Assembly: GCA_951406725.2 (NCBI GenBank)
Contig: OX597814.1
Span: forward strand, 147,064,001 to 147,128,000
Direction: 5' to 3'
Source: Octopus vulgaris
Lineage: Eukaryota
Length of the DNA stretch: 64,000 nucleotides
Within the stretch, counting starts at the first letter, position 1, and each line of letters begins with the position of its first letter. The translations under genes and the position numbers were made by a program. This document shows positions 43,027 through 55,290 of the stretch, one piece after another. The notes under the pieces are model-generated. The model did no database searches, was not told where the DNA came from, and saw only the letters and a program-made list of their open reading frames with translations.

Positions 43027-44829
43027 ATGTGCATGTGTGTATGAACATAAGCATATATATACATACATATAAATAATCTTATAATATTTTGCGTTTTTCT
43101 CCTAATTCTATTACATTGAAATTTTAAGAAACCTATGATATATGAGAAACTTTTTTATAGATTAGAGATGTATGCACATAAGAGCGAGATGTTTATAACC
43201 ATGAGCTATTTACATTGATAAATAATTCAAATTTTAGATCAACTGTATTTCTTTGATCTGTATTTTATTATAATAGCTATTTTCAGCATAAGTCGCATAC
43301 TCAGTTTTTATTTTACTCGATAAAATTCAGTTTTACAAATAGATAAATGTAAGTTTTGGTTTAAAGAATTTAACAGAAAATTTAACTTCTTGTAGAAAAC
43401 ATTATAGTAACTGGTTAGTGTGAGAATAAAAGAAACAGGTTATGGCACTATGGAATGAGGAAAAACGCACATGTTTTCGCATATTTATTTTTATTTTTGG
43501 TGGCGGAGTGGGTTCATAATAATGTGATATATTTCAAAAAATATATTGTCGGACATGTTTTAACTTCCTTACCTAAAAAGGATACCCGAGCGAAACTTTA
43601 TCAAAGTGAAATATTTCGAAAATATATCAGTAGTAGCGATGTTATTCAAACACAGTAAAAGGTAATTTCAAAACATGCAATTCATTCTCTCTCTATGTAA
43701 ATATATACAGTTAGGGAGTGAAATTAACTTTGTGGTTCAACGGATGAATAGCAATGTATATTTTTGTCGTATTAAATTCATAAAAATATATGCATTAATA
43801 GAAATGTTAATGCATCAGCGGAAATAACTGACATGTACGAATGTTATCAGATTGGATAAATATCGTAATGACAGATGTACAAAAAGCCATATGTAAAAAT
43901 ATTCTTAATAATTTCTTTTTTCCCTCATTGCAAGAGAAACTTAAACAAAAGGCGATCGGCAATTATTAGCCAGTGGTAAAATACGAATTAATCTGTTTTT
44001 ATCTTTGTTTATAGGCAGATGACATTTACGCATATATTTCATCAGTATATAATACTATGTACAAATACATTTTATATGAATTTTAAATATAGCAGTCACA
44101 AAAAACAAAATTTTCAATTATGAATTACATCAGATTTAAGGCGTGTAATTCAAGGGACATAATTCAAGTAAGGCAATAGCCAAAATATAAGTAAATCAAG
44201 AAGTAATCTACTGAATACTGTGCGTATAACATATTTGACTGAATTTTCCGACTAATATTACTATAAAAAATGAAATGCCTTGTGAGTTTTGCTAGCGTTA
44301 CTCCATTAAGAGCAGAAGTTAGAAATAACTATGATATGTCTAAGTTATCCTTAAGCATCTAAATTGAATTTCAGGCATTATTACATGTATGTATTTTATT
44401 ATAATCTTTATTGCTTTCTCGCTCTGCTTTTTATTTTCCCACACGGTGTGAAACAACTGGTAGCAGACATGTAGGCACTTTCACTTTCACTTTCACTGGA
44501 TAATGTTGTAATGGGATGATGAGTCGCTGGAGGTTAGCATATGCATACATTCAAACACAAATATATATATAGCTAGAAGGAGATGACGAAAGAATGTGTG
44601 AGATAGAGACAGAAATGCTATATTAAAATAAATGACATATATTTGAAATAAAGAATAAATTCCTCAGAGTGAAGTAGTATTATTCTCAATAAAAGAAATA
44701 ATTTTTCATAATGATATAACAATTGGACAGGATTGGATTGCCTATATTCAATCCTCTGTAGAATGAACCTCTCAGTATTTTTACAACAGCCTGGATCTGT
44801 TGTGGAGACTGTGAGCTTGAGATTGTACT

Positions 44830-45408
44830 AGTTTCATGGGCCTACTCAGTCACGCTGATCTGACATGGATTGACAGATGGGTGCAAGCCCTGTGCTCAAC
44901 AAGTACTTTTTCTAACGACTCCGATATAAGTAAAGGAAAAGTCAGCCTTGGTGGAGGTTAAACAAAGAACGTAGCGACAAACGAAATACCTATTTCTTTA
45001 TTACCCACAAGAGGCTAAACACAGAGCGGACAAACAAGGACAGACATAGGTATTAAGTCGATTACATCGACCCCAGTGCGTAACTGGTACTTAATTTATC
45101 GACCCCGAAAGGATGAAAGGCAAAGTCGACATCGGCGGAATTTGAACTCACAACGTAACGGCAGACTAAATACCTATTTCTTTATTACCCACAAGGGGCT
45201 AAACATAGAGGGCACAAACAAGGACAGACATAGGTATTAAGTCGATGACATCGACCCCAGTGCGTAACTGGTACTTAATTTATCGACCCCGAAAGGATGA
45301 AAGGTAAAGTCGACCTCGGCGGAATTTGAACTTACAACGTAACGGCAGACTAAATACCGCTAAGTACTACGCCCGGCGTGCTAACGCTTCTACCGACTCG
45401 CTGACTTG
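44830..45408 (-). mobile_element. Tandem array of Nin-type SINEs (two young units, one old unit)
   Basis: Units 45172-45408 (with head) and 44988-45171 (headless) are near-identical; an older diverged unit with a different tail lies at ~44830-44987. Confidence 0.9.
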
Positions 45409-46582
45409 ATATATCAATAATGCTGTGTTTTATTTGCATTTGTTTATAAACACCCCTTTCTTCTTGTTGAGATTTCTGCATTTGTTTATTCAAAGTAGTA
45501 AAAATGAGTGTTTTATTATGTTTGATAAAAACATTTTATCGGCGTAAAAACAATTCTTGCGAAAAAGGCTCTGCGCAGAATCAGGCGAGTCATCTCGCTA
45601 ATGCCAAATCCCCGATTCCATACCCCCACCCCCGCTCAGTAATAATTGTCTAGTTATTTAATTTGTATTTTTCCTGCAATTCTTAAATTGTGAATTTTGC
45701 ATATAGCATTCAGCACTATCATTCACTAATTTATTTATCTCATTTCCTGCTTTTAAACCATTTCATTTCTTTTCCTCGGGTAATTTTCTTTTGTAACCAT
45801 ACAATTATTTCTTACGAACATATATTTAAGAACATATATTTTAGTTAATCGCATTTTTGAGGATTTCGCTTGAAATCACCAGAGTAAAACTCATAAATAT
45901 GTCATTCTTTATTCTCTTCATTTCTTATTAAAATCTCTTTTCAAATATTACATATAATTCCTAGTGCAGCTAACAATCATTTTTTTGTCTAATTATAGAA
46001 ATATAAAGAATGAAAAATATTCCAATAAATCTGAAACATGGATTTAGTTGAACCATAGAAATTTAGTACACAAATATATTTGATTATTATAGAGTTCTTT
46101 ATTTAACATTGTATGGTTCATTATAAAGTATGAAATGTGAAAAATAATATATATACGTTCTGTAAATCATAACACATATTGTGAAATATGTGCCAAAATT
46201 CAATTCTATATTAGTATTCAAAACTCTGAAAATATAATTATATTTTGAGAAACCGTGGCATACTCATAGTATCAAATTTTTCATCGTGGATATGATAGAA
46301 TAATAATCAAATACGGGATAAGTACCTCACATATATCACCGGAAGATTATTGGGTATACTATAGCCCTGATACACCCTGCTTCAAGGGAACCCGAATAGG
46401 AGGCTTAAGAATTTTGAAATTTCGATCATAGATCCCTATAAATTTACACCAATATTTTAGCTGCAGGCACTCACACACTTAAGCACGTACATATCTTTAT
46501 AGACAGAAATAAGCATGCAAACGCATATAAACGTACATGTATTAATATTAATTTGTATGTATTTGTATGTGATTACGAGAGA

Positions 46583-46633
<51 letters not shown>

Positions 46634-46664
46634 GTATATATATATATTTATGTATGTATATATG

Positions 46665-46723
<59 letters not shown>

Positions 46724-46724
46724 A

Positions 46725-47081
46725 TACGTGCAACGCCCCCGTTCAATGGACAGCGCTGAGTTGTCAAACATTTAAACTAAATTATCCCAAAGCAACTTGT
46801 CCGTCATCCCATAGCCCTCTTTGAGAAACATGATTTAACCTAAATTTGAGACACCAGCAAAAGAAGAAATAAAGATACTTTTTCTATTCCAAGAAAACGA
46901 ATTCCAAATGAACGTTCCACAACTATATCGATCGCATTTTCACCTGGAATCGGTTTTTGTAATTTTTAAAGACTTATACGCGTCCTGGTACCGTCGGTAT
47001 CTACATATCAAATTTGAGCGCAATCGGACGCAGGATGACCAAGATCTAGAAGACACACACAGAGACAGAGAGAACGGATTT

Positions 47082-47090
<9 letters not shown>
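46725..47090 (-). mobile_element. Non-autonomous Helitron-like element
   Basis: CTACATATCAAATTTGAGCGCAATCGG...ACACACAGAGACAGAGAGAACGGATTTTATATA end; GC-rich imperfect hairpin at the other end; flanked by TA-rich repeats. Confidence 0.4.
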
Positions 47091-47156
<66 letters not shown>

Positions 47157-47501
47157 TGTATGTATGTATGTATGTATGTATGTATGTATGTATATATATA
47201 TGGAAAGAGAGAGAGAGAGAAAGATTTCAAATATTCATCAATTTAATACGCGCATGAATTTGATCGTTTCATCTATTCATGCTCAAGCACATCATATGCT
47301 CAGTTTCAAGCGTATAAAAAACGTACATATGAAAAACGATTACTGCGAATGAAGTGTATTCTAATCATTGGTAGTAATGCTTGTCCGTATTTTAATGTAA
47401 AACATATTCATACGCCGATCAAGAATTATCTTGACCTGATTCTATAGGAAATTATTCAATAAATTTCTGTATAGATTCGTCTGTTACTACTAGCTCTAGA
47501 A

Positions 47502-47551
<50 letters not shown>

Positions 47552-47789
47552 TATATATATATAACAACAATAATAATAATGATGATGATGATGATGATGA
47601 TAAAAAGCAAAACAAAAGAAGAGTGCCATTGTCATCAAATTAACAATATTTTGACATCTCGTATGTCTTCCACAGGTTCAAAAATTAAACGTAACTTTTC
47701 AGAAGACATATAAGCAAAAAAAGAAGAGTGTCATTGTCATGAAGTGAACGATATTATTTTTTCGAAGAGTTACCTCGTTCCTAATAATA

Positions 47790-47845
<56 letters not shown>

Positions 47846-47955
47846 CAATAATAAGGGGTATATGGGGTATTTGTTAGTGATAGGACTTCGTTCACCATCC
47901 GTCGCATGCCAAGAGCATGGATGATGATCACTAGTTCACAACAAAATCTCAACTC

Positions 47956-48430
47956 TCACTTGTGACTCCAAGGAGCCGGTTGTTTCTTTACTTCTTGTAA
48001 TTCTGCCTTGATAGTCCCTATCCACATTGCATCCCTTTTATGCACCACATTGTTTCCCCATAATCCGCTCCAGAACTCCTTGGCTTGATGTGCATCAGGA
48101 GCGACATTTTCCCCATTGTTTTCTTCTAATGTTCGGAAGAATTGCTTCGGGTTATTTTTTAACAATCTGTTCTCGAACTACTTAATTCTGTTCATAAATT
48201 TTCTGAGCTCTTGTATTTTTTGCCATCATCCTATGTTTTAACTGCTCTATTATTGCATCAAACCCGTTATTCCGTGTTTTATATTTCTTTTCTAATTTTC
48301 CTCGATCAGTCTTTTCCCCATGTTTCCAGTTTCCTCTTGACCATTGCTCAATTTTTCCTAGATCTTGTCTTGCCCGCATTTGTCCCTTTCAGTGCGTCGT
48401 TTCCATCAAGGTTCTTGTGTTCCATCATTT
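47956..48430 (-). mobile_element. R4/Dong-clade LINE fragment (region upstream of RT)
   Basis: ORFs ARQDLGKIEQW..LEKKYK and NPKQFFRTL..AKEFWSGLWG; located among (TAA)n tracts. Confidence 0.7.
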
Positions 48431-48556
48431 TTAGTTCCTCTTAAGTTCTCCACAAGTAGTGCAGTAGTACGGAGAAGATTCATTGTGTGTGATATGTCCT
48501 CCGACTAGATGTATTGTATGACAGTATTTACATTTTGTGTTACTCAAATAAATAAA

Positions 48557-48576
48557 TTTGTTGTTGTTGTTGTTAC

Positions 48577-48634
<58 letters not shown>

Positions 48635-48714
48635 GTTGTTGTTGTTGTTGTTGTTATTGTTGTTGTTGTCGTCGTCGTCGTCGTCGTTGTTGTTATTATT
48701 ATTATTATTATTAT
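48557..48714. repeat. (TTG)(TTA)(GTC) compound trinucleotide repeat
   Basis: Direct reading. Confidence 0.95.
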
Positions 48715-49186
48715 ATACGGTCAATGAGCATGTTTTTTCCGAAAGAATGTTTATGTGTATGTCAAATGGAATTCGAGAAAATGCAATAACAATCAATCAT
48801 AGAGCGTTTATACGCACTGGGTCATTGGTACTAATAGTGAAGGTTAACTCTCTCTCTTTGCGGAACAATATATAGAGTTAAAAACAAGAACCTGGCAAGG
48901 ACTCAAAATCCCAGTTTTATTTATATAACAGTTCTAAGATTCCACATGGCAGCATCTAAGCTGTTTCGTTTCCAAAAAAGTCATAAGTATTCAACATCGA
49001 ATCTTTCAAATAGGCAAATGGAAAACAAAACATAGAAATGGTTATCCTTATAAAATCATTATCATATATATCACTTCTTCAACAAAACATTATATTTAAT
49101 CATGCATTTAACAAATACATATTAAGAATGTGAGAATTCTCCAGTGGATTTAAAGTACTTGCATTTCACACTGGGTTTGCAAATAA

Positions 49187-49593
49187 CTCTCTTTTACTCT
49201 TTTACTCGTTTCAGTCATTTGTCTGTGGCCATGCTGGAGCACTGCCTTAAGTCGAGGAAATCGACCACAGGACTTATTCTTTGTAAGCCTAGTACTTATT
49301 CTATCGGTCTCTTTTGCCGAACCGCTAATTTACAGGGATGAAAACATGTCAGCATCGGTTGTCAAGCATTGTTGGGTGACAAATACAGACACACAAACAC
49401 ACAGACACACACATACAAATATATATATATACATATATACGACGGGCTTCTTTCAGTTTCCGTCTACCAAATCCACTCACATGGCCCGAGGCTATAGTAG
49501 AAGACGCTTGCCCAAAGTGCCACGCAGTGGGAGTGAACACGGAACCATGTGGTTGGTAAGCAAGCTACTTACCATACAGCCACTCCTACGCCT
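49187..49593 (-). mobile_element. tRNA-derived CORE-type SINE
   Basis: Reverse-complement homolog of 13531-13940, with head AGGCGTAGGAGTGGCTGTATGGTAAG. Confidence 0.88.
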
Positions 49594-50178
49594 GTTTTAA
49601 AATCGGTCATGTTCCGGTCCAAATTTGTTTTTATCTAATTGACTTAATCATAATTACAATTTTCGATATGTCTTTAATCAATATGAAGGCCAACACTTCG
49701 ATTACTATTTTGCAACAATAGCTATGACATTTGTTCGCAGCTGTCCGATTGTGGTTGTAAGACGACTTTTTTCTCTATAATATCGATTGGTTATTGATCT
49801 GTGTTCTGCTTTGTTTCAATACCCCTTGCTTGCTGGAAGCTAATTATCTTGTGTTTCAGTTCAGTTCCTGCAGGAAGAGAGTAAAGCTAATCTGAAGAAT
49901 GTGTCCACTATATATTGAGGAAAAAAGAAACAAAATTCAGCCAGCAGACAGGGCGCGGTACATGCATGCCAACACACAAACGCACACACACACACACACA
50001 CACACAAACATAAAGACACCCACCCACACACGCACAACGCATCCGCACATACAGATATATATATATATATATATATGTATATGTATATATATATTAATGA
50101 ACACAGCTAGTTACAATACATACATTAGCGCACGTATGTGCATATATATATATATCTATATATCATTTTCCTCATTAT

Positions 50179-50211
<33 letters not shown>

Positions 50212-50242
50212 TATTATTATTATTAGTAGTAGTAGTAGTAGT

Positions 50243-51200
50243 ATTCAGTAGTTTTATTTTTATAGCGTGCTTTCACTTCACTACCGAGCGCAGCTCTGTG
50301 TGCCTTAGGTATGTTCTGTGATTTGTTGTGATGCTCTGATGGTTATTGTATGGAAAGTGTTCTGCGTAGAATGTGTGCAGTGCCTAGTAGTGCAATTTTC
50401 TGTATGTTATATGTGTTTGTAAGTCCTGGTGTTTTGTTATGTATTTGTCTAAATATTTGTTATCATGCCTAATGCACCTACTATGATAGGAATTGTTTCT
50501 GTTTTTAGATTCCACATTCTGGTTACCTCTATTTCCAGGTCTTTGTATTTTGAGAGTTTCTCCATTTCTTTTAGAGACACGTTGCCATCTGCCGGTATTG
50601 ATACATCAATTAGAAAGCATTTTTTTCTTCATGATCTCTGACAACTATATCTGGTCTGTTGGCCTTAATCTCTCAATCTGTGTGTATCGGCATATCCCAG
50701 AGTATGGTTGCTTTCTCGTTTTTCTGTGACCTTTTCTGGTGTGTGCCTATACCATCTTTTTTCTGTTGTTATTCCATAATGTTGTCATAGCTTCCAGTCT
50801 ATGTAGCTTCCAACCCTGTCATGTCTGTGAATATATTCCTTCTTAGCCAGGACTGGGCAGCCAGAGATAATATGATTTATTGTTTCTTGTCCATCTCCAC
50901 ATATTCTGCAGTTACTTGTTATATTTCGTTTCATTACATGTTTTTGGTAATTTCTGGTGGGGAGGCTTTGCTCTTGTGCTGCAATTAAAAATCCATCTGT
51001 CTCTGCTTTGAGTCCTGAGCTTCTCAACCATTGCTGGGATTTTTCTTTGTCTATTTCTTTTGCGCTTAGTTTAGTCCAGTATTTACCATGAAGGGGCTTT
51101 TCTTGCCATCGTTTTATCATGGTTCGTTGCTGTTCTATTTTTAGTTTGGATTTTATTTGTTTTATAGCTTTTGTTGTTTTTTCAACTTCTTCTTCTTGTT
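50243..51200 (-). mobile_element. R4/Dong-clade LINE, 5'-truncated (zinc knuckle + RLE + 3' UTR)
   Basis: ORF 50785..51120 has WQEKPLHG, CRICGDGQETINHIISGC (CCHC) and YIHRHD, then NRPDIVVRD..LIDV; trinucleotide tail 50178-50243. Confidence 0.92.
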
Positions 51201-51458
51201 GCGTCTCCGGCCTGAAGAATACATGTAGTTATTATATATTATTATTCTACCTTAGTGATAAAAGTTGGTCTTTTAAAAAGAGTTAAGAGAAAGGATACCC
51301 TTCATCTATCCAGGAAGCTATACTGTCAGTATAATTATTATTAGCGTAAATAAGACCAAGCAGATTTTATGGTCCGACAGATTTCCAAAGATGAACGTAC
51401 GCATAAAATGCGTTTAATACATGAATTGCATCCTTGAAATAAGGAGAACCTCTCGTAT

Positions 51459-51546
<88 letters not shown>

Positions 51547-54500
51547 CTAGCAGAATTGCTCAGGGCTGAATTGCTTGAAAGTACTGTTAATGATTGCACT
51601 GAATTATGATGATTATTCAGACAAATGTTGATATAAGTTTACGGCGAATGAATGTATTTGTAAGTGTATAGAAAGCCGTGTAAAGGGGTTCCTAACCCCT
51701 CGTTGAATAGTGTAAGAATTGAATGCGAGGTTGCCTTGAAAAGAGCCATGTTATTTTTCTCATAATTGTAAGAATTTGATAGTCGTGGAAGGCGGTGTAA
51801 AACGTTCGCAGGTGAATAGGGTCTCTTCGTTTTCCACAAACGGCAGCGGATGTGCTGTTACAAAACTTCATGCTGTGTTAAAAGAGAATGGATGCCCTAT
51901 GTAGGCAAGAGGGGAATGAAGCATGGGTAAGTAAATATGGGTAATTTATAAAATATAGAACAATTGCATCTACTCACCATATGTCAGACCGGCAAGACTG
52001 TGATGGTGCTGAATAGATAAATCACAACACAGTGGTGGAGATGTTTTCATTGATGGGCGTTATGATTAAATTTGTTGTTGTATAAAAATGATCTGTTGCT
52101 TAGTTTCCAAAGTGTATTTTGCGATCGTGTTGTCGCTTATGTAAACTTTAACAGTGAGAGTGTAGATGTAGGGGGTAGATGTGTCATGTACGTTGGATAT
52201 AGAAGATGAGGCTGGTGGTTTGATGATGAATGGATAGAAATAGAGGTGAGCGAAAGACAGGTGTTGGTTAAGTGTGAATTAATGTCATGAAACGCCTAAA
52301 ATTGTAAATGCCATCATAAAAGAGAGTCGTATGTAAGTGAAATACTAACGTGTTCGAAAATGATGAAACGTAGTAATCCTATAAAACCTCCTTGTACACA
52401 ATGTTTTTTGTTTTTCGTTCTGGAACGAATGCGAAAGCATCACTGTTGCTGCCGACACACGAGCAGGCAACATAAAGCTGACCATGAGAGAAACATGGCT
52501 CTCCCAAATGTATTCCCGCCACAGACAGTGTTTGACCCTGCGCTTTGTTAATTGACATTGCGAAACATGGCCTTACTGGGAACTCGGACCTCCGACATAT
52601 GAAAGGTAGATCTGCTCCTGATGGGAAAAGATGCATCCTAGGTATGAGCACAACGTTGCCTCGACCGCACCCTTTGATAATGGTGGCCTCAATCAGATTG
52701 GGAGATAAGGACTTAACGATCAAACGTGTGCCATTGCTTTGTTTTGGGGGAACCAAATTTCTAACGAGCATTATAGGGGCACCAACTTTAAGTTTGAGAA
52801 TGTGTGGTGGTAGTCCGGGGGTCTCAAAGGAATTGAGTACCTCTATTAGATAGTTGATGACGTCCTCTGGGTCAGGAGTTGTATCGATAGACTTATATAC
52901 ATAGACATCCCCAGGAATGAGTTTTAGCATTTCATCATTAATATAGTGAACAGTTTTATTCCTCGGGGCCAGAATAGCCCTTTGGCCAATCCACTCCATA
53001 TTCTGATAATTAGCTTGTAGATCTGGGAAGACTGCATCTCTGAGATCAGAAGGCGTTTTAACAATGGTACAAATGGAATCGATGGCAATATTACCATTTT
53101 CATCCCCTGGTATTTTGCCTTCGCCAAGTGCAAGGAGTATGTGAGAAAATGCTGCTGATGTGATATTACATCGCATATGAGCACGCATATTGGTGTGAAG
53201 TTTGAGAGTCTTCACCAGTGGCCACAATGTGGATGACTTAAGACACGCACTTACTGCATCAGTTCTAGTCCCTTTGGGAATAACGGGAAGTGTTTGTCGG
53301 AAGTCCCCTGAAAGAAGACGTGTTATGCCTCCAATGGGAGCTGAAGAGTGTTTGATGTCTCTGAGAGATCTATCTAGTGCCTCAAGAGCACGTCTGTGGG
53401 CCATCGTGCATTCATCCCAAACGATAAGCTTGCATCGTCTGAAGACTTCTGCCTGATCGGAGCTGTTACTGATGTTGCAAGTTGGTGTCTCAGTCTTCGC
53501 TAAGTGAAGCGGAAGCTTGAAAGTGGAGTGAGCTTTCCTGCCGCCTGGCAACAAAGTAGCCGCAATTCTAGATGATGCCACAGCTAGGGCAATGACTTGT
53601 GTTCGCCTAATCTCAGCCAATATTAATTTGTTGAGAAAAGTTTTCCCAGTGCACCCAGGAGCGTCCAGGAAAAAAATCCCCCCAGCTTTGGCCCGGACTG
53701 AATTAACAACGGAGTTGTAAGCGAACTTCTGTTCTGGAAGGAGCTTTGGCTCATTGTCGGCTATGTACTCGGCAAGCTCGTCAACATTAAAACATGTCTC
53801 ACGCAGCAAATGTGAAGACAGAGTGTTTGTGCCTTCCTGGTTTGTTGAAGGTAGGCCATAGACCGGCAAGGCACTACCGCCCATATCACGTACAGTATCT
53901 TCGAACGTAGTTTGTTACCACACAGCCACACCTGCCCCTATGTATGTGTGTGTGTATGGGTAGATATATTATGCATGTATATATGTGTATATATATATAT
54001 GTGTGTACATATTACATGTACATCTATATATATATATACATCTACACATAAAATACAAAATACAAAGTTATATCTTGGTATCTCTAGTGATAACAATTCT
54101 CAAAATATATAACAGCCTGGAATTGTAGGCCCGTCTCTTGCAATTTCGATCAATTGGATCTTGTCCTCCCTCTTGTATAGAAGTGTACGGCTGCAGCGAA
54201 ATTCATTTTTGGACTTTCTTCTATCGAAGGCATTTTAACAAAAATGATTCCGTAAAGACGGTGAAAATATTGTCAATTTCCCCAAACAGGGGAATTCAAT
54301 TTTTAAACAATAACCAAAGCCCCTTCTCCGGAAGGGGGAGGGTTACGGTTTACAATTATTTAACAAATGCAAAACGACAACGTTTCCCTGACGAGGAACC
54401 AACAAACTTTATTACAATAGTCAAACAGTAATATTAATAACAACAACACTTTTTAATTTATTCCCATTTATGTGAAACCACTTATTCAAGTTCAAGTCAT

Positions 54501-54961
54501 TCATGCAATTTTATACGCATTGCTAATACACACACACACATAATAAGGGTGAAAAATTGAATATAAATTTGATTAATATGAATTGAAAACATGTGGTGTA
54601 GCATATAAGACCATAGCGAATCTTCCTCAAGCAAAAAGGATGACCAGTATTAATGGCTCATCCCTGTTATATAAATACTTTCACTTTAATTGTTGCACAT
54701 TTGCAAAGAGAAAGGGGGAGAATGTGTAGTGGTAATGGAAGGAGTGAAGCACTTGAAATGAGAGAGGCAAATGAGAGAGGCAAATCTCGAATTTTTGCTT
54801 AATTGGGGGTCAAATTGAAAAAACTTTACATGCCATGACCCAATGGAATCTACTTGGAAAAATCATAGGTAAATTCCAATTGAAGAAATTCTATATTGTA
54901 CAATTGTATAAAAAACGAACGATTTGGGAGGCAGAGAAAATCTGCCTTTTATCATAAGAGA
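51547..54961 (-). mobile_element. Helitron (internally deleted)
   Basis: Minus-strand 3' end CTAG|T at 51547; candidate 5' end A|TCTCTTATGATAAAAGGCAG at 54961; PIF1 helicase ORF in the same orientation. Confidence 0.7.
52379..53884 (-). CDS. Helitron PIF1-family (SF1B) DNA helicase domain, probably inactive
   Basis: 501-aa open frame with DAPGCTGKT (Walker A), VWDECTM (Walker B), GDFRQTLPV, LKVGAPIMLVRNL, FAMSINKAQGQT, FSHGQLYVACS and TKNIVYKEVL. Confidence 0.9.
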   Translation of the reverse strand: MGGSALPVYGLPSTNQEGTNTLSSHLLRETCFNVDELAEYIADNEPKLLPEQKFAYNSVVNSVRAKAGGIFFLDAPGCTGKTFLNKLILAEIRRTQVIALAVASSRIAATLLPGGRKAHSTFKLPLHLAKTETPTCNISNSSDQAEVFRRCKLIVWDECTMAHRRALEALDRSLRDIKHSSAPIGGITRLLSGDFRQTLPVIPKGTRTDAVSACLKSSTLWPLVKTLKLHTNMRAHMRCNITSAAFSHILLALGEGKIPGDENGNIAIDSICTIVKTPSDLRDAVFPDLQANYQNMEWIGQRAILAPRNKTVHYINDEMLKLIPGDVYVYKSIDTTPDPEDVINYLIEVLNSFETPGLPPHILKLKVGAPIMLVRNLVPPKQSNGTRLIVKSLSPNLIEATIIKGCGRGNVVLIPRMHLFPSGADLPFICRRSEFPVRPCFAMSINKAQGQTLSVAGIHLGEPCFSHGQLYVACSCVGSNSDAFAFVPERKTKNIVYKEVL

Positions 54962-55174
54962 TATAAGATATATATATATATATATATATATATACTACAA
55001 AATTAGAAAATGGAGAAACATACTTAAAACAATCAAACATCAACCAACAGATGATACCCAATCAATACTTTATTACACCATTACATAACAGTAAAGACAT
55101 TATACAAAATATATTGTAAATATAATTAGACAAGGAAATATAAATATAAATATAAAATATATGTAATTATATCA

Positions 55175-55290
55175 TATCTGACAGCTGTTTCGGCAGTAAG
55201 GGCAAGCATGCCTCATTTAACCTATAAGCCATATAAGGCAGGTATAAATGAGACATTAACGAGGATGCCCCACGGCCTCTTCAGAGAATT
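55175..55290 (-). ncRNA. Type I hammerhead ribozyme (Penelope-associated)
   Basis: Minus TCT-CTGAAGA-[stem II]-GAAA-CAGCTG-TC-AGA; intact core, GUC cleavage triplet at 55182-55180. Confidence 0.8.

Noticed and set aside
44988-45408. CRISPR-like or satellite array
   Set aside because: The units are SINE copies with no spacers, and the DNA is eukaryotic.
47601-47762. Two ~55-bp diverged direct repeats (AAGAAGAGTG.CATTGTCAT)
   Set aside because: Probably a small local duplication; no functional signal.
52379-53884. Host PIF1 gene
   Set aside because: Intronless, with a Helitron-type C-terminus (TKNIVYKEVL), a CTAG terminus downstream and mutated motifs.
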